From Octopus sinensis (Eukaryota): a stretch of DNA of 64,000 nucleotides. The notes under the pieces were generated by a model. It was not told the DNA's origin. It was given only the letters and a program-made list of their open reading frames with translations, and did not search any database. Positions 41,822 to 57,285 of this stretch are shown in pieces. The translations under genes were made by a program, and so were the position numbers. The DNA is taken from NCBI RefSeq assembly GCF_006345805.1, contig NC_043005.1, positions 3,100,001-3,164,000 on the forward strand, written 5' to 3'. How positions within the stretch are numbered: position 1 is the first letter of the stretch; each line of letters starts with the position of its first letter.

Positions 41822-41945
41822 GACTTCTTTCAGTTTACGTCTACCAAATTCACCCACAAGGCTTTGGTCGGCCCAAATTTATTGTAGAAGACATTTGCCC
41901 AAGGTGCTACGCAGTGGGACTAAACCCAGAACCATGTTGTTTTGA
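41822..41945 (-). mobile_element. SINE family B, 5' half
   Basis: Reverse complement of the family B head region. Confidence 0.75.
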
Positions 41946-41974
41946 AGATCCACGTTTCACCTTAAGAAATAATC

Positions 41975-42181
41975 CTTACCATAATAGGCACAAGGCCTGA
42001 AATTTTGGGGTGAGCTCAATCTATTATCTCGACCCTAATGTTCAACTGGTGCTTATTTTTATTGACCCCGAAAGGATGAAAGGCAAAGTCGACCTCGGCG
42101 GAATTTGAACGCAGAACGTTAAATCCGAAGAAATACGCTAAACATTTTGCCCAGGCAGCTAACGATTCTGCCAGCTCGCCG
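41975..42181 (-). mobile_element. SINE family A with probable ~21-bp TSD
   Basis: Family A body; CGTTTCACCTTAAGAAATAAT (~41953) versus CGTTTTCACCTTCAGAAATAAT (~42182). Confidence 0.85.
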
Positions 42182-42506
42182 CGTTTTCACCTTCAGAAAT
42201 AATGAACAAATACTGGCATTGCCGTTTTTCAATAAAAGAGAATCAGATTTAATCCAATTCCGCCATAGAGGGAAGTGTTTAGTTGGAGGACTATTTGGTT
42301 GCTATTTTTTGGCGGTCGAGCGACCATTTAGAAGTGTCTTATATGGCCCTGGAGTTTTTGTGTAACGTACGTGTGACGTAAACCGTCTCAATTAGACAAT
42401 CGTTCGTTGTTTCCTGTAACAGAACGAGTGTATATGTAGAGGTGGTTACGGGTGGAAATTGTATTATGAATTCACATACACTCACATTATGTACTCAATC
42501 TCTCTT

Positions 42507-42548
<42 letters not shown>

Positions 42549-42973
42549 ACTATCTTACCTGTGAGCATGTGTGTGTGGGGGAGTGAGAGAGCGTGTGTCA
42601 TGAGTGCAATAAATTCGATTGTTTGAGACTTTGTGATCTGTCAACGAATGATTTCACATTTTTAATAGAGAAGCGATGTTGTAATGTTCATATTTTTTCC
42701 ATTGATGAAATATATAAAAGTAAAAGATAAAATAATTGGACATCCAACATAGTTTCTGGCAAAGCTCGTTGGAAATCTTACTTTTCACGCACCAGCGATC
42801 GTCTCTCTCACTCTTCCTCTCTCTCTCTCTCTCTCACGCGCGCGCGCACACACACACACCACATATACACAAAACAACAACATCAGTAGCGAAATTTTGT
42901 AAACGTCCAAATTGTTTTCGCGAAGTTTTCTTGAAGATAAAATTGAAGTCCTTCTACGATTATAATAACTGGT

Positions 42974-43187
42974 AAGGGCTGCCAGAATCGTTAGCACACC
43001 GGGCGAAATGCTTAGCGGTATTTCGTCAGTCTTTACGTTCTGAGATCAAATTCCTCCGACGTCGACTTTGCCTTTCATCCATTCGGGGTCGATAAATTAA
43101 GTACCAGTTGCATACTGGAGTCGACGTAATCGACTGGCCCCCTTCCCAAAAATTTCGGGTCTTATGCCTAGAGTAGGAAAGAATATA
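42974..43187 (+). mobile_element. SINE family A, short-tail variant
   Basis: Head and core match family A. Confidence 0.85.
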
Positions 43188-43249
43188 ATAATTGGTGAGA
43201 GATTTAAAAACTATTGGCGAGTGGCATAATCCTAAACTTATACATACAT

Positions 43250-43294
<45 letters not shown>

Positions 43295-43313
43295 ACACAC
43301 CACACACACACAC

Positions 43314-43345
<32 letters not shown>

Positions 43346-44050
43346 AATTAAGCAGAAAATGGAGAAACCTTGATCGACAACAACTGACTAATATCGATTA
43401 TTATTTTTTAATACAAAACTTTCTCCTATCTAACAGCTGTTTCTGCTCCCAATGTCCTAGGGTGTTGCTATTGAAAATTCCGAGAATAATATTCGTCGTA
43501 TTTTGTAACACATTCGATATGGAACATGGAGCTTCATCAGAGTGAAGAAAAATACATAAACGATAGGAAAAGAAAGTGGAAGAACCTTGAGAAGAAGAAC
43601 GAAGGGTTGATATGTTAAAATCATACCATTTTGCAGTGTAACGCTACAGGACGTTGAGTAAATGACTAAACTAGAAATATTAATTGGTGGGTTCATCTTT
43701 CTTTAGTGGTAACAAGCTGTATAAATAATAAAAACGTAATATGAATACTATACCATAACGGAATACGCCAGGTCTAGAAAAAGAGGGAGTGATAGTGCAT
43801 AAAGTTTACGAGTAATCATAATAATATGCATGCATATGTATGCCCAGGATTAACATAGGCAATTATATCGGTAGCAAAACGGATATTTTTTTATCCCTTT
43901 AGGGTTATTCCAACCTCTAACCCTAACCCTAACCCTATATACATAACATTAAATAAGAAGGGTAGAAATTGATATTAATAAATTAAAACCAGTGGCTTAG
44001 CATATTTAAAAAAAATCCGAATATTAAAAATTGTTTTACATACGATATTA

Positions 44051-44287
44051 AGAGGAATGAGCACTAAAGTGGACACCTAATATGCTAGACATAGACATCA
44101 AATCGCCAATAGCACAAAGAGTGTGTTCTCAAGAAAAATCTCAGCAGAATACCAAAATGTAAAAATGAGCAAGACAAATGAAAATATACGAAATAAAAAC
44201 GATTCTTGAGAACACACTCTTCGTGGTAATGGCGATTTGACGTCTACGTTTAGCATATTAGGTGTCCATTTTAGTGGACATTCCTCT
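44051..44287. mobile_element. MITE, 237 bp, ~85-bp imperfect TIRs, TA flanks
   Basis: AGAGGAATG..CACTAAAGTGGACACCTAATATGCTA...GAGTGTGTTCTCAAGAA mirrored at the right end; TA at 44049-44050 and 44288-44289. Confidence 0.85.
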
Positions 44288-44317
44288 TAGTTTTGTATGT
44301 ATGTACACACACACACG

Positions 44318-44349
<32 letters not shown>

Positions 44350-44393
44350 ACAACTTGTTGCTTAACCCTTAATTATATATATATATACATATA

Positions 44394-44447
<54 letters not shown>

Positions 44448-44529
44448 TATATATATTTTTTTTTTTTTTTGTCTTTCCAGTTTCAGCTCTTGAGCTGTGG
44501 CCATGCTGGGGCACCGCCATTGTGGTGAA

Positions 44530-44682
44530 CGAGTACAGCAGGGATCACCACCCCCTGCCGGAGCCTCGTAGAGCTGTTAGGTGTTTTCGCTCAATAAACA
44601 CACACAACGCCCGGTCTGAGAATCGAAACCGCGATCCTGCGACTGCGAGTCCGCTGCCCTAACCACTAGGCCATTGCGCCTA
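44530..44682 (-). mobile_element. tRNA-derived SINE (family C-related)
   Basis: TGGCCTAGTGG A box and GGTTTCGATTCTC B box on the minus strand. Confidence 0.8.
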
Positions 44683-45317
44683 GTGGTTATATATTATTTT
44701 ATTTATTTTATTTTTATTTTATCTAGTTTCAGCTCACGAGCTGTGGCCATGCTGAGGCACCGCCATATATATATATATTTTATAGAAGGAGCTTCTACAG
44801 GACTAGAACTGTTTCATTCAAATGAAATCATCAGGAAGCTTGCTGTCAAGATAAGTTTTGGCATTTATACATTTAGGCAGGTTTAATGGGGTGGTGGTGG
44901 GGGACATTTTTGGGGTAAGCAGGGCACAAACTGTCTTTCTTAGGGGAGTGGTCAAAAGAATCAGTGATAGAGTAAATAAATGAATAAATAGAATAATTGA
45001 ATAGAGTTTTAGGTAAATAAGAAGACTATCGCTTATACACATACATACACACACATACATACAAATACATACACACACATACACATACATACACACACAC
45101 ACATATATATACATACACACATATATATACAAATACACATATACATACATGCCAGCACGCAAACACACGCACACATATATCTACACATATATATATAAGT
45201 ATACACACCCATACACACACATATATATATATATGTATATATACATACATATACACACACATTATATACAAATATACACACATACACACATATATATACA
45301 CATACACATATACATAT

Positions 45318-48046
45318 AGTTGGGCTCTACAGACCACCCCAAACGCCCCTACCATGCTTCAAGGAATGCCTCAACAGCATAAAGTGTTTCATTCAGCAGT
45401 GTCAACCTGACAACATTTTAATGATGGGAGACTTCAACCTTCCCGGGGTTGACTGGTCTACAAACAGTCTGCCGCCAGGTTCTTTTCTCTCAACCCCTGA
45501 CAGGGAGGCAGTGGAATCGCTTCTTGACTTCATGGATGACTTCTTCTTGTCCCAACTGGTACTCGAACCAACGAGATGTCACAAAAAACGTCTTAGACTT
45601 AATTTTCAGCAATCACACTGATACTATCCACAATATTGCAGTGGAGAAAACCCTACTCTCCGACCATGACATGGTTCTCTGTGATCTGAGATTTCACTGG
45701 CCAAAATGCAAAACAAATGTCATCCCTCCTGTTCATCCATTTGACACTATGGATTTCCACAATGCAAACTGGGAAGCGATCAATAATGATCTTGCACAAG
45801 TCGATTGGTCCTTCACGCACACATACACACCCACTAACATCAAAAAGTCCTGGCAGTCACTTGTAGACACCATCACGAACATATGTGCAAGACACACCCC
45901 ATTAAGATCTGCAAACAAATCTTAGTGTCGAATCCCTAGAAATAGAAAATCTCTCATGAGGAAAATTAAAAGAATCAACAAAAAGATCAACATGCTGAAA
46001 TACTGTCAACAGCAACACACCAACCTGACTGCCATCTCGTCGCTAGAGATTAAAAAACATAAACTCCAAAACAACATGATGTCTATCATCAATAGTCAGC
46101 GAAGAGCTGAAGAGGCCTGGGCCATTGAGAAGATCAAACTCAATCCCAAAGTGTTCTTTTCATTTGCAAAAAAACACAGAGTCACTGGTTCTACTGTTGG
46201 CCCTCTGATTGATGAAAATGGTACTCTTCAAGACAATGCCAAAACCATGGGAGAGATATTGCAGAAACAATATTGCTCTGTTTTCAGCAATCCTGATATG
46301 ACTGATCTGGGCTGTATCAGTGATGTTACTCCCCAATACACTTTATCGGACATAACATTTGGCGCTCCTGATGTCTTAGCAGCAATAAAGGAAATGAAGC
46401 ATAATTCAGCAGTAGGTCCCGATAGGTTCCCTGCTTGTGTCTTGAAGATGTGTCAAAACCAACTTGCACCCCCTCTAGCCAATCTGTGGCGGAACTCACT
46501 GGATGCTGGATATATACCAGAGGACCTTCTATCCCAGTCTGTTGTCCCAGTTTTCAAAAAAGGAAACAAATCGCTTGCCGTGAATTACCGTCCAATCTCA
46601 CTCACCTCTCATATCATCAAGGTATTTGAGAGGGTGCTGAGATCGCGTATGACTCACTTCCTTGAGAGTCATAATATGCTGAACCCCAACCAGCATGGAT
46701 TCCGTAATGGGAGAGATTGCCTGACGCAGCTACTGCATCATTTTGATGACATTTTGAGAGCCTTGGGAGAAGGTTCCAACACTGATGTCATCTACCTTGA
46801 TTTCAGCAAGGCTTTTGACAGGGTTGATCATAAGATCCTTCTGAGAAAGCTGTCCAATATTGGTGTCACTGGAAAGTTGCTGCATGGGATCAAGTGCTTC
46901 CTGTCTAACAGAACCCAACATGTGTAGTCGAAGGAGTCATCAATCCGCCCAGCCAAAGTCAGCAGTGGTGTCCCACAAGGCACTGTGTTGGGCCCACTTC
47001 TCTTCATCATCTACATAAATGATATTACTGATACCATCAAACACAATAACATCAGAACCTTCGCTGATGACTCCAAGCTCCAGAAGGTCATCAATGGTGT
47101 GGATGACCGAATAAACCTTCAGTCAGACCTACTGGCTGTTGTCCAATGGGCGGAAAAGAAAAAATAACATGTTGCTAAATGAAGACAAATTTGAACTGAT
47201 CCACTTTGGAAGAGGAGGACGCTCTGAAACTCCCATACTCTCATCCTTCTGGAGAAATTCTCATGGCATCCAACAACATCAGAGACCTGGGAGTACAGTG
47301 TAACAGTGGACAACAACATAAGCTGGGCTACACATATAAGCAGCAAAGTTGACATGGCCCGCAGCCAATGTGTTCCTGGATTTCAGAACCTTCAGTCGAG
47401 AGATTCCCACACTATTATCCTTCTCTTCTCCACTTTTGCCCGACCCCACCTTGAATACTGCTGTCCACTGTGGTCTCCCTACACAAAACAAAATATTATG
47501 AGAATTGAAGCTCCCAAAGGTCAATCACAAAAAAGATAGATGGCATGTCAGACCTTGACTACTGGGGTAGACTAGAGAAGCTGAAATTGTATTCACTCCA
47601 ACGACGCCGTGAACGCTACATTATCTGTATGATGTGGAAAATATTCCACCAGCACTGTCTGAATGATGTTAGCATCACCTTCAAAATGCATCCAAGGCTA
47701 GGACCACGTGCCATCCGTCCACAACAAAAATCTAAATCGCATCACATAACGACAATACGGCACAACTATTTCACCTCAATTGGACCTGCTCTCTTCAACA
47801 TTACACCAGGGCACGTCAAAAAAGAAACTGACCACACAAAATTCAAGAAGTCTTTGGATAAATTCCTTCAAACAGTCCCGGACAAACCACCCACACCCGG
47901 ATATGTCTCCGCAAACAATAACTCTCTGCTCGAATGGGCCTTGGTGCCCAAATCCTGAACTCAAAGACTTCACCAGGTGGTGCTATTAAGTTAGACATGG
48001 CCTGGGCCAATACTGGCCAAAACCTTTCTAAGTTATTCTAAGTTAT
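45318..48046 (+). mobile_element. CR1-group LINE ORF2 (APE C-terminus + RT + 3' end), 5'-truncated, inactivated
   Basis: GDFNLP, LDLIFSN, SDHDMV (APE); [45 protein letters not shown] (RT); stops at 45925 and 46927 and later frameshifts. Confidence 0.94.
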
Positions 48047-48409
48047 ATATATATATATATACACATACACACACACATATATTTTCTCTCCTCATCTTCC
48101 TCCCTTATTTTAATTTTATTTTTATTTTCAGGATCATAAGAGGTATAATATATGACCTACCTATCCGCCGACACACATTTATAGTGGCGCTAGATTGGAC
48201 AGACGCTAAAGGTTCTTAGAATTCCCTAGGGTTCCAGCCGGCCTAAATGAAATCCAACTACCGCTCCCCTCTCCCTTCCTTTCTATCTCTTGAACCACGG
48301 ATGCAAACGCCAACACTCACACACACACACACACTCACACGCACACTCGTACACATACACAAACACGCATGTTCTCTCACTCATTTCCTTCTCATCCACT
48401 TATACTTAT

Positions 48410-48531
48410 GTATATATCTCTCTCTACAAGCACATATATATATACATTTATATATATACACACACATATATATATACACATATATATATATATATAATAT
48501 ATATATATATATATACATATATATAATCTAT

Positions 48532-48567
<36 letters not shown>

Positions 48568-48609
48568 CTATATATATATATATATACATATATATATTAT
48601 ATCTAATTA

Positions 48610-48658
<49 letters not shown>

Positions 48659-49460
48659 TATACATACATATACACACACAGGTACACATATGCATACATA
48701 CATAAATGTACCCACTTTCACATAAACGTATACGTAGCTATGTACACACATAAATGTCTGCCCGCATATATAAACGCATATGCCTATACACAGACATATG
48801 TGCATATAAACATACATACGCATATATACGCATCCATACGCCTATAAGTACATACATGCACACATGCATGCATACACGTGTACATAAAAGCATACCTACA
48901 TATACCTACCTACACACATATATACATACATGCACATACATACACATACGTACACGTACATACATATACAGATCTACACACATACACATACATGTATATA
49001 TATACGCATACATGTATATATATACGCATACAAATATCTACAAGTCCATATATACACATGTATATATATACACATACAGATACGTATGTACCTACACATA
49101 CATACATATATATACTTACACCCCTCATATACATACCTACATTTACAATACATATATATATATATAATATATATATATATATATACATATATATACACGC
49201 ATATATATATATACACACATGCACATACAAATACACATACGCATATCTACGCAGATACACGCACACATATATATATACATATATAAAAAAAGTCTACACG
49301 TCCATACATATACACACATACATACACATATACATATATATATACATATACACATACATATATATATACCCATATGTATATATATACATACATACACACA
49401 CACATATATACATACATACACCCACTCACAAGTATACAAGCATATATACATACATACATA
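48410..49460. repeat. Degenerate (TA)n/(CA)n/(CATA)n tract
   Basis: Direct reading. Confidence 0.93.
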
Positions 49461-49602
49461 TACTATGATTCATTTGAATGAAACAGTTCTAGTCCGTAGA
49501 AGCTCCTTCTATAAATAAATTAATTTACTCTGCTATGTATTGAGTACCTTATTTACTGTGGTTAACCCCGACTCAACCCGGGACCTACTATATATATATA
49601 TA

Positions 49603-49653
<51 letters not shown>

Positions 49654-49686
49654 TATCTATATATATTTTCCTATCAAAGTATCAAA

Positions 49687-50816
<1,130 letters not shown>

Positions 50817-50837
50817 TATATATATATATATATATAT

Positions 50838-51105
50838 AGCGTGGAAGGTGTTTATAAGCCATTTAAAAACACAAAAACCGTTAGATTCACTTCAACATTT
50901 AAATCTAATTTGCCAAAATATTTTCGCTGCTTTGAGACCGCGACCTCTTCACTGACAAAATTCCGGATGCAACACGGATTTTTGTCAGTGAACAGGTCGC
51001 GGTCTGAAAGCAGCGAAAATATTTTGGCAAATTAAACTTAAATGTTGAAGTGAATCGAACGGATTTTGTGTGTTTCTTAAATGGCTTACAAACACCTTCC
51101 ACGCT
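50838..51105. repeat. 268-bp near-perfect palindrome (fold-back), 9-nt loop at 50966-50974
   Basis: Left arm AGCGTGGAAGGTGTTT...CTGACAAAATTCCG is mirrored by CGGATTTTTGTCAG...AAACACCTTCCACGCT with scattered mismatches. Confidence 0.93.
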
Positions 51106-51189
51106 GCAATTGTTTTCGTTCCAGCACACGATCTAAGATCAGTTCACTTGCTATACAAGTACATCTCCGTAATATATATATATATATAA

Positions 51190-51790
51190 TTTATTTAAAA
51201 AACACAATACATGTCTTTAACATATTCACCAGGCCCAAACCACATATCATAACGAACGGAAAAATTGAAAAAGAGAAGACGCGCGAAAAAGCTGAGAAGG
51301 TAGCATATAGAAAAGGCAGAAGGTTAAACACAGAAAACGAAAGGCGGAAAACGAAAATGTTAAAGCTAAAAGCGGTAAAAGTGTTATCCTTCTTAGACCT
51401 TAAATTGTAAGGCTGGAAAGACATCAACAATTAATCAGGTATAGGCGGAATTTTCCAATTCTTCAAGATATATTTATACATATGTTTGAAGCCGCTGAAA
51501 ATTTCAGATCTAGAGTTCAACAGAGAGTTAAGGAACTTAGATCTGAAAAGGATCTGAGCTATTTCAGCTAAACATAGATTACATTTATTTGATCCATTAA
51601 CATAACTTGTAGATTTCTCAGCTATTTTCTGCTTAATCACATGTGGTGTTTCGTTAGCTTTCAAATTCCATACGTGGTTAGCCCACTTAGTAACTGTGCT
51701 TTTGTCTTTAAATCGCATTTCTTCTCTTTTTCATTTTTTTAAAGTTCATTATGATATGTGGTTTGTGCCTGATGAATATGTTTTGGATAT
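51190..51790 (-). mobile_element. Penelope-like element 3' fragment (GIY-YIG C-terminus)
   Basis: ORF 51431-51718: ST.....HVWNLK.....IK..I.....SY.NGSNKCNLCLAE...I......LLNSRSEI.S..KH, typical PLE C-terminus. Confidence 0.85.
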
Positions 51791-51914
51791 TTCTCAGCAT
51801 ATGAAACTGCTAGTAGCACTTAAAGACATGTATTGTGACCTTTAAATAGATAATATTTATCTCTCACCAGATGAGGTACTTTTTTATTGATCTATTTCCC
51901 ATGAAACAGTACAT

Positions 51915-51949
<35 letters not shown>

Positions 51950-51989
51950 CATTCAAAATTCAACAAAGAAGTATAAATACTAAGGAAAA

Positions 51990-53640
51990 AGTGTATAGTC
52001 AGTCGTTGGCAACAGTTTATGAAGGCTTACCACTCATTCGCATCTTCAGCCGTTTGAAGTATTTCATTGAGCGACATCCCGCAGTCTGCGCGAATCATAC
52101 GATGATAAGTCGTTCTTGGTCATTCTTCTCACGCATTCATCTGGCGGGTCTCGCAGTTGGTGACCAACCCATCTCAGCCGGCGCTCCTTTATCCTTGTGC
52201 TCATTTGCATTCCGTCAGCCATTTGGTACGATGTATCAATGGAAACGTGGTCGTTATAGGATATCTGATACATTTTCCTCGGGTTTCTTGTGTGAAAAGT
52301 CTTCACCATGGCCTTTTGGCCGTCCGTATTTGTTACCCATGTCTTGCGTCCATATGGAAAAATCGGAAGACATAGAGTTTAGTACATCTTTATCTTCGTT
52401 GTTGGATAGATGTCAGACGACTAGAGGTATTGAAGGTGCGACATTGCTCCAGATGCCGCTCTCCTTCTGTCTATGATGTCATTGTTTGTGTTGTGAGAGT
52501 GATCAATTACAGTCGATTCAAGGTAAGTGAACTTATCAACCCTGTTTGCCAGGATTCCTGTTGTTCCGTGTGTGTTTATATTAATGGTGACACCCTCTGT
52601 TTTCGATTAGTTTATTTATCTGACCCCACAGACTTTGCTTCTGGCATGACACGATCCAAGTACAAGATAGGCCAACTTATGTGACTGATATGCAAATTCC
52701 ATCCTCCGTATGGATTGCACATGCTCTATAACCAGCACAAATAGATAAGGTGCTAAGGTAGCTCCTTGCAGAATTCCACTCTGAGGTGTGAAGCCAGGGG
52801 ACTGTCTCCCATTAACAAGGACATATGCTGTTTGATGTTCATAAAGACATCTAACTGCCGATCTTATATTTGATGTATCCCTGTCCTTTCAAGAATCGTA
52901 AAGATAGAGGTTCTGTTGACGCTGTCGAATGCTTTTTGAAAGTCTATGAGCAGAGAGCAACTATTGGTAGACACCATTCGAAGCAGGTCTCCAGTCCCCT
53001 TTTTAACGTGTGATACATCTCTTTATCTATCTTTGCAGGTATGCGATTTAACAGAAGCCTATTCTTTGCGCCATAATTCATGAGACAAATTCACCGATCG
53101 TTGGACGTCTGTCGCAGATCACTTTCCTTTTGTAGTGTTACTAGGATTGATGACCTCTGGTAAGAGAACCTTGATGCATATGTCAATGAATGCTGCTCGA
53201 GGTGCCTCTCCTCTATAGTTGAGCGATTTATTTACTAGACTGAGGTTTGTACCAGCTGCTTTGCCATTTGATGCCTCCCTGAGTACGACCAGCAGTTCAG
53301 ACTTCTCGAGATTTTCGGTTGACACTTCGTGTGCATTGTCGTAAGCTTAGTCGCAGTTGGATTATTCTTCGGCTTGTGTTCCTCTGATAACAACTTTGCA
53401 AAATATTTGTTCCATGCTCCAAGCTTATCCTTATCGCAATTGAAGGGATTTCCATGTTCATCTCAAACTTTTTGAATACATTACTGTCGGTTTCCTCTCT
53501 TCAGCATCTTTACCGCTCTTTAAGCATCTTTGTGTTGGTGGGTCATGCCAAAGGATTCAATTTCCTTGTAGTTGCTTAGTATTTATTTATCAACCCACTT
53601 GTCAGAAGCCGCTCTGAAGCTGGTAGCCATAGCTTTTTTT
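51990..53640 (-). mobile_element. Degraded RTE-clade LINE (RT region and C-terminus)
   Basis: Minus-strand remnants IDFQKAFDSVNR, SGILQGATLAPYLF and IKERRLRWVGH. Confidence 0.82.
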
Positions 53641-54179
53641 CTCTCCCTCAGAGTATATGTCCTTAACCTTCTGTGACCTGGACTCATCAACAGTGTGAGG
53701 TAATGATCGACGTCAGAGCATATCCACCTCTGTTCGTTTTTCTGTGTATAGTTATAGAAAAAAAGGACTTAAATCAGCAACATTATCATCGTTGTTCACT
53801 GTATGAACTTAGAAAAGCTAGCACTGCAATACAGAAGACATTGACATCTGTGAAGTATATCTTGATACAGTGTAAGCTTGTAAATGTCGGTTGTGGCTTC
53901 AAAAGTTTCAAAATTGCGAATAAAATCCGTCCGCAGAACCTTGTTCTGGAAGATGAACCACTTTAGAGCGTCAATCTTTCGACATTGTTATTAGACGTCA
54001 TCAATGAAGTATATTCATCTTAACGCTGTTCAATTTGTTTAACACAGTACGTGGTTGGGTTGATTGGTTCATATGCTGACTATGAAGGAGTCATGCTAGA
54101 GCTGGGAAATCTTGCATGCATTAATTTCAACTCTCCTTATTAATAACTGTATTGTGTCTTTCAAGGTAAACTGACAATC

Positions 54180-55135
54180 TCGCTGTTCAAAGACTTTAGA
54201 AGTAACTAGTAGCGATTTCTATTGAAAATGGGCAAAATTTTAGCATCGTAGCGTTATGAAGTACATGTGGAAAAAAGGGTTTAACCACCAAGGAAATTCA
54301 TGCTAACATGGTTAGGGGTTGACGCTCCAGCTTTATCAACAATGCAAAAGTGGGCAGGTTAATTTAGGAGGGGAAGAGAGAGTCTTGAAGATGACCAAAC
54401 GCGTGGACGTCCTGCCACCATCGAGGAAAACATTGATCGTGTTCACCACATGCTGATGGACCTCAGGCGATTGACTATAAATCAAGTAACCAACACTTTT
54501 AGCATATCCCGTGAGAGAGTTGAGAATATTCCGCACAACAAACCTAGCATGACAAACGGTTCTGCTTGGTTGGTGCCACGAATTTTGACATCTGATCAAA
54601 TGCACACCATTTTGATCACATCACGGGCAAATCTGACATCGTTTGAGGCAGATCCACCTGATTTTCTTGAACGCTTTCTAAGCCAGGACGAGTCTTGGGT
54701 TAATCTCTTTGAGTCAGAGACAAAATGACAATTCATGCAGTGGAAACACCCCTCCTCACCTGCTCCAAAGAAGGCCATGGTAATTTTATTTGCAGAGAAG
54801 GAGATAGCCTCATGTTTTGGATGCAAAAGATACTGTGTTTATTGGCTGTCTTCCAACGGACCATTCTATAAGAATGGAGAGCACTATGCCAACTTGCTGG
54901 GTCAGTTACGAAAAGCTATCAAGACAATTCCTTGATTCCAATGGCTGCTGTGCGTGACTGTGGCTTTGCACTGGTTGATCACCCTCCACAGTCTCCAGAT
55001 TTTGCCTCATCAGACTACCATTTGTTCCCCAACATGAAAAAGCATTTGACTGGAAACCAGTGTCGTAGTGATGATGACGTCATATCTGCTGTTGACTCTT
55101 TTGATGAAAGCTTCTTACAATCAGGACGATAGAAA
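54180..55135 (+). mobile_element. Degraded mariner transposase relic
   Basis: GRP, LVPRILT, FLSQDESWV, MQWKH, PPQSPDFASSDYHLFPNMKK; no TIRs found. Confidence 0.85.
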
Positions 55136-56211
55136 TATTCAAAGAAGCGAGGAAAACAACGACTTGAGATTTGGTTGTTAGCTCTGCTTTCTTGGTTTAA
55201 TGTTGATGAAAAATAAGCCTTCTTCTGTATAAGATACCTAGTAACACTTCCAGATTATCAGGTATCTAAATGACAAGCCATGTCGAAAGAAAATATTCTA
55301 TCCAAAAAGCATAACGAATAACGAAAGATTAGCAGCCTATTTGAACTCACAATCCGTCAACATATAGGTCCCTTTCGTTATCTGCTCGGCCATCTCATAC
55401 GGAATTTATTAGTTCTTTCACAGACATATTTAGATGTAGTTTCTACGGAGACTTAAGGATATGGTTTTATATTTAACTTGAGAAATATATCGGCTTTTTA
55501 TAACTCGTTCACTGGTTCTGTAAGTGAACAAACTACTCGGCGTGTGGTGGTGGTGGTGGTGGTGGGAGTGAGGGAACAAACTAATTGAATATTGTGTATC
55601 CTTAACGTTTACATCGCATCTAACGAAAGTTATTGATGCAAGCAGAACCTTCCACCCCAATGCTTGTCTATTTTCAGTTTATCTGCCCATCTTTTTCTCT
55701 CACACATATTTCCCCCTCGATGCTGATTTCTCTCTCTTTTAAAGACATCTCTACCGTCTCTTATCCCGTTATTTCCCTCGCTCTCTCCATTTCACACTCT
55801 TTCTATTAACTCTCCATTTACTTACTCTTTCTCTCATTATTCAACTCACCCTTGTCGTTTAGACGTATTCTCTCTCTCTCTCTTTCTCTCCAGCACTCTC
55901 CTTCTCAGTCTTTCTTTGTTACCCTGTCCCTCTCATTACCTTTGTGCCTCTCTTTCGTTCAAATGTTTTTCAATGTCTCTCTTTTTCCACCTTCTTTCTG
56001 ATCTCTTTGCTCTCCCTCTCTCTCCTCTCCTTCCCAATCTTTTGACCAGCATTGTTCCTTTCATATTTTTTCTTCCATTTTATGTCACACATTTTATTCT
56101 TCTCTTGCTCTCATATATACAAACATTATTTTACCACAACGAACCCGTTTTCCGCCCTCTTGCAAATTCATTCTTTTTCTATTCTTTCTTTTATTTCTCA
56201 TTCACTCCCTT

Positions 56212-56275
<64 letters not shown>

Positions 56276-56799
56276 CCTTCTTTCCCTTCCTGTCTCTATT
56301 TCTTTAATTTGATATTTTCTCCCCCTTGGTGTTACCTCAAGGAAGTTTGTAAATCTTAGCAAAGGAAAAAAGAAAGAAAGAAAGAAGGAAAGAAATGAAA
56401 GAAAGAAGTAAAAGAAGAGAAAAAGAAGAGCAAAAGAAGACACTATATCACCTAAACAAAATAGCAGACATATTTCTGTTTGAAATCACAATTGTTAAAC
56501 AATGCTTGTTCAATCAAATTTTTTTCCTTCTTTTTTTTTCTCTGTTTTTTTTTTGATTTTAGGTTATATTTTACCTCGAAAATAAAATCGATGTAATTTA
56601 GCCGTGTTGTCGTCTGCAACTTTTGTAGCCAAGCAACATGGCGGAAATAATATATTACCGATTGACTTTAGAGAAATGGTGGTTGTATTTAACATAGATA
56701 ATAAATACGTTTATACATACATACATACATACATACATGCATACATATGTGAATATATGTATATACGTATGAATGTGATATGTATATATATATTTAAAT

Positions 56800-56962
56800 A
56801 AATACACAATATATATGAATGTGTATATATATATATATATATAAATATACACGAACATACATACACATATGTATACATGACAAAGAAAGAACGGAGACCG
56901 ATAGGAAACAGAAAAAGATTATATACAAAACAGGCATATGTATGAATGTATATATATACGTT

Positions 56963-57039
<77 letters not shown>

Positions 57040-57134
57040 GTATATACATATATATACATATATATATATGTATATAATACATATATATACATATATATAT
57101 TATATATATATATACATATATATACATATATACA

Positions 57135-57188
<54 letters not shown>

Positions 57189-57191
57189 CAT

Positions 57192-57226
<35 letters not shown>

Positions 57227-57260
57227 CACACACACATATATATATATATATAATACATAC
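56800..57260. repeat. Long degenerate (TA)n/(CATA)n tract
   Basis: Direct reading. Confidence 0.95.
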
Positions 57261-57285
57261 ATATCTAGACGGTTAAAAAGGGACA

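Noticed and set aside
43917-43936. Telomere or telomere fusion site
   Set aside because: Only about three TAACCC units, internal; such motifs are common inside non-autonomous elements.
50985-51015. G3:C8 variant hammerhead in the palindrome arm (GUGAACA...GAAA)
   Set aside because: No U16.1/NUH cleavage triplet, weak stem II, and the mirror arm reads GUGAAGA.
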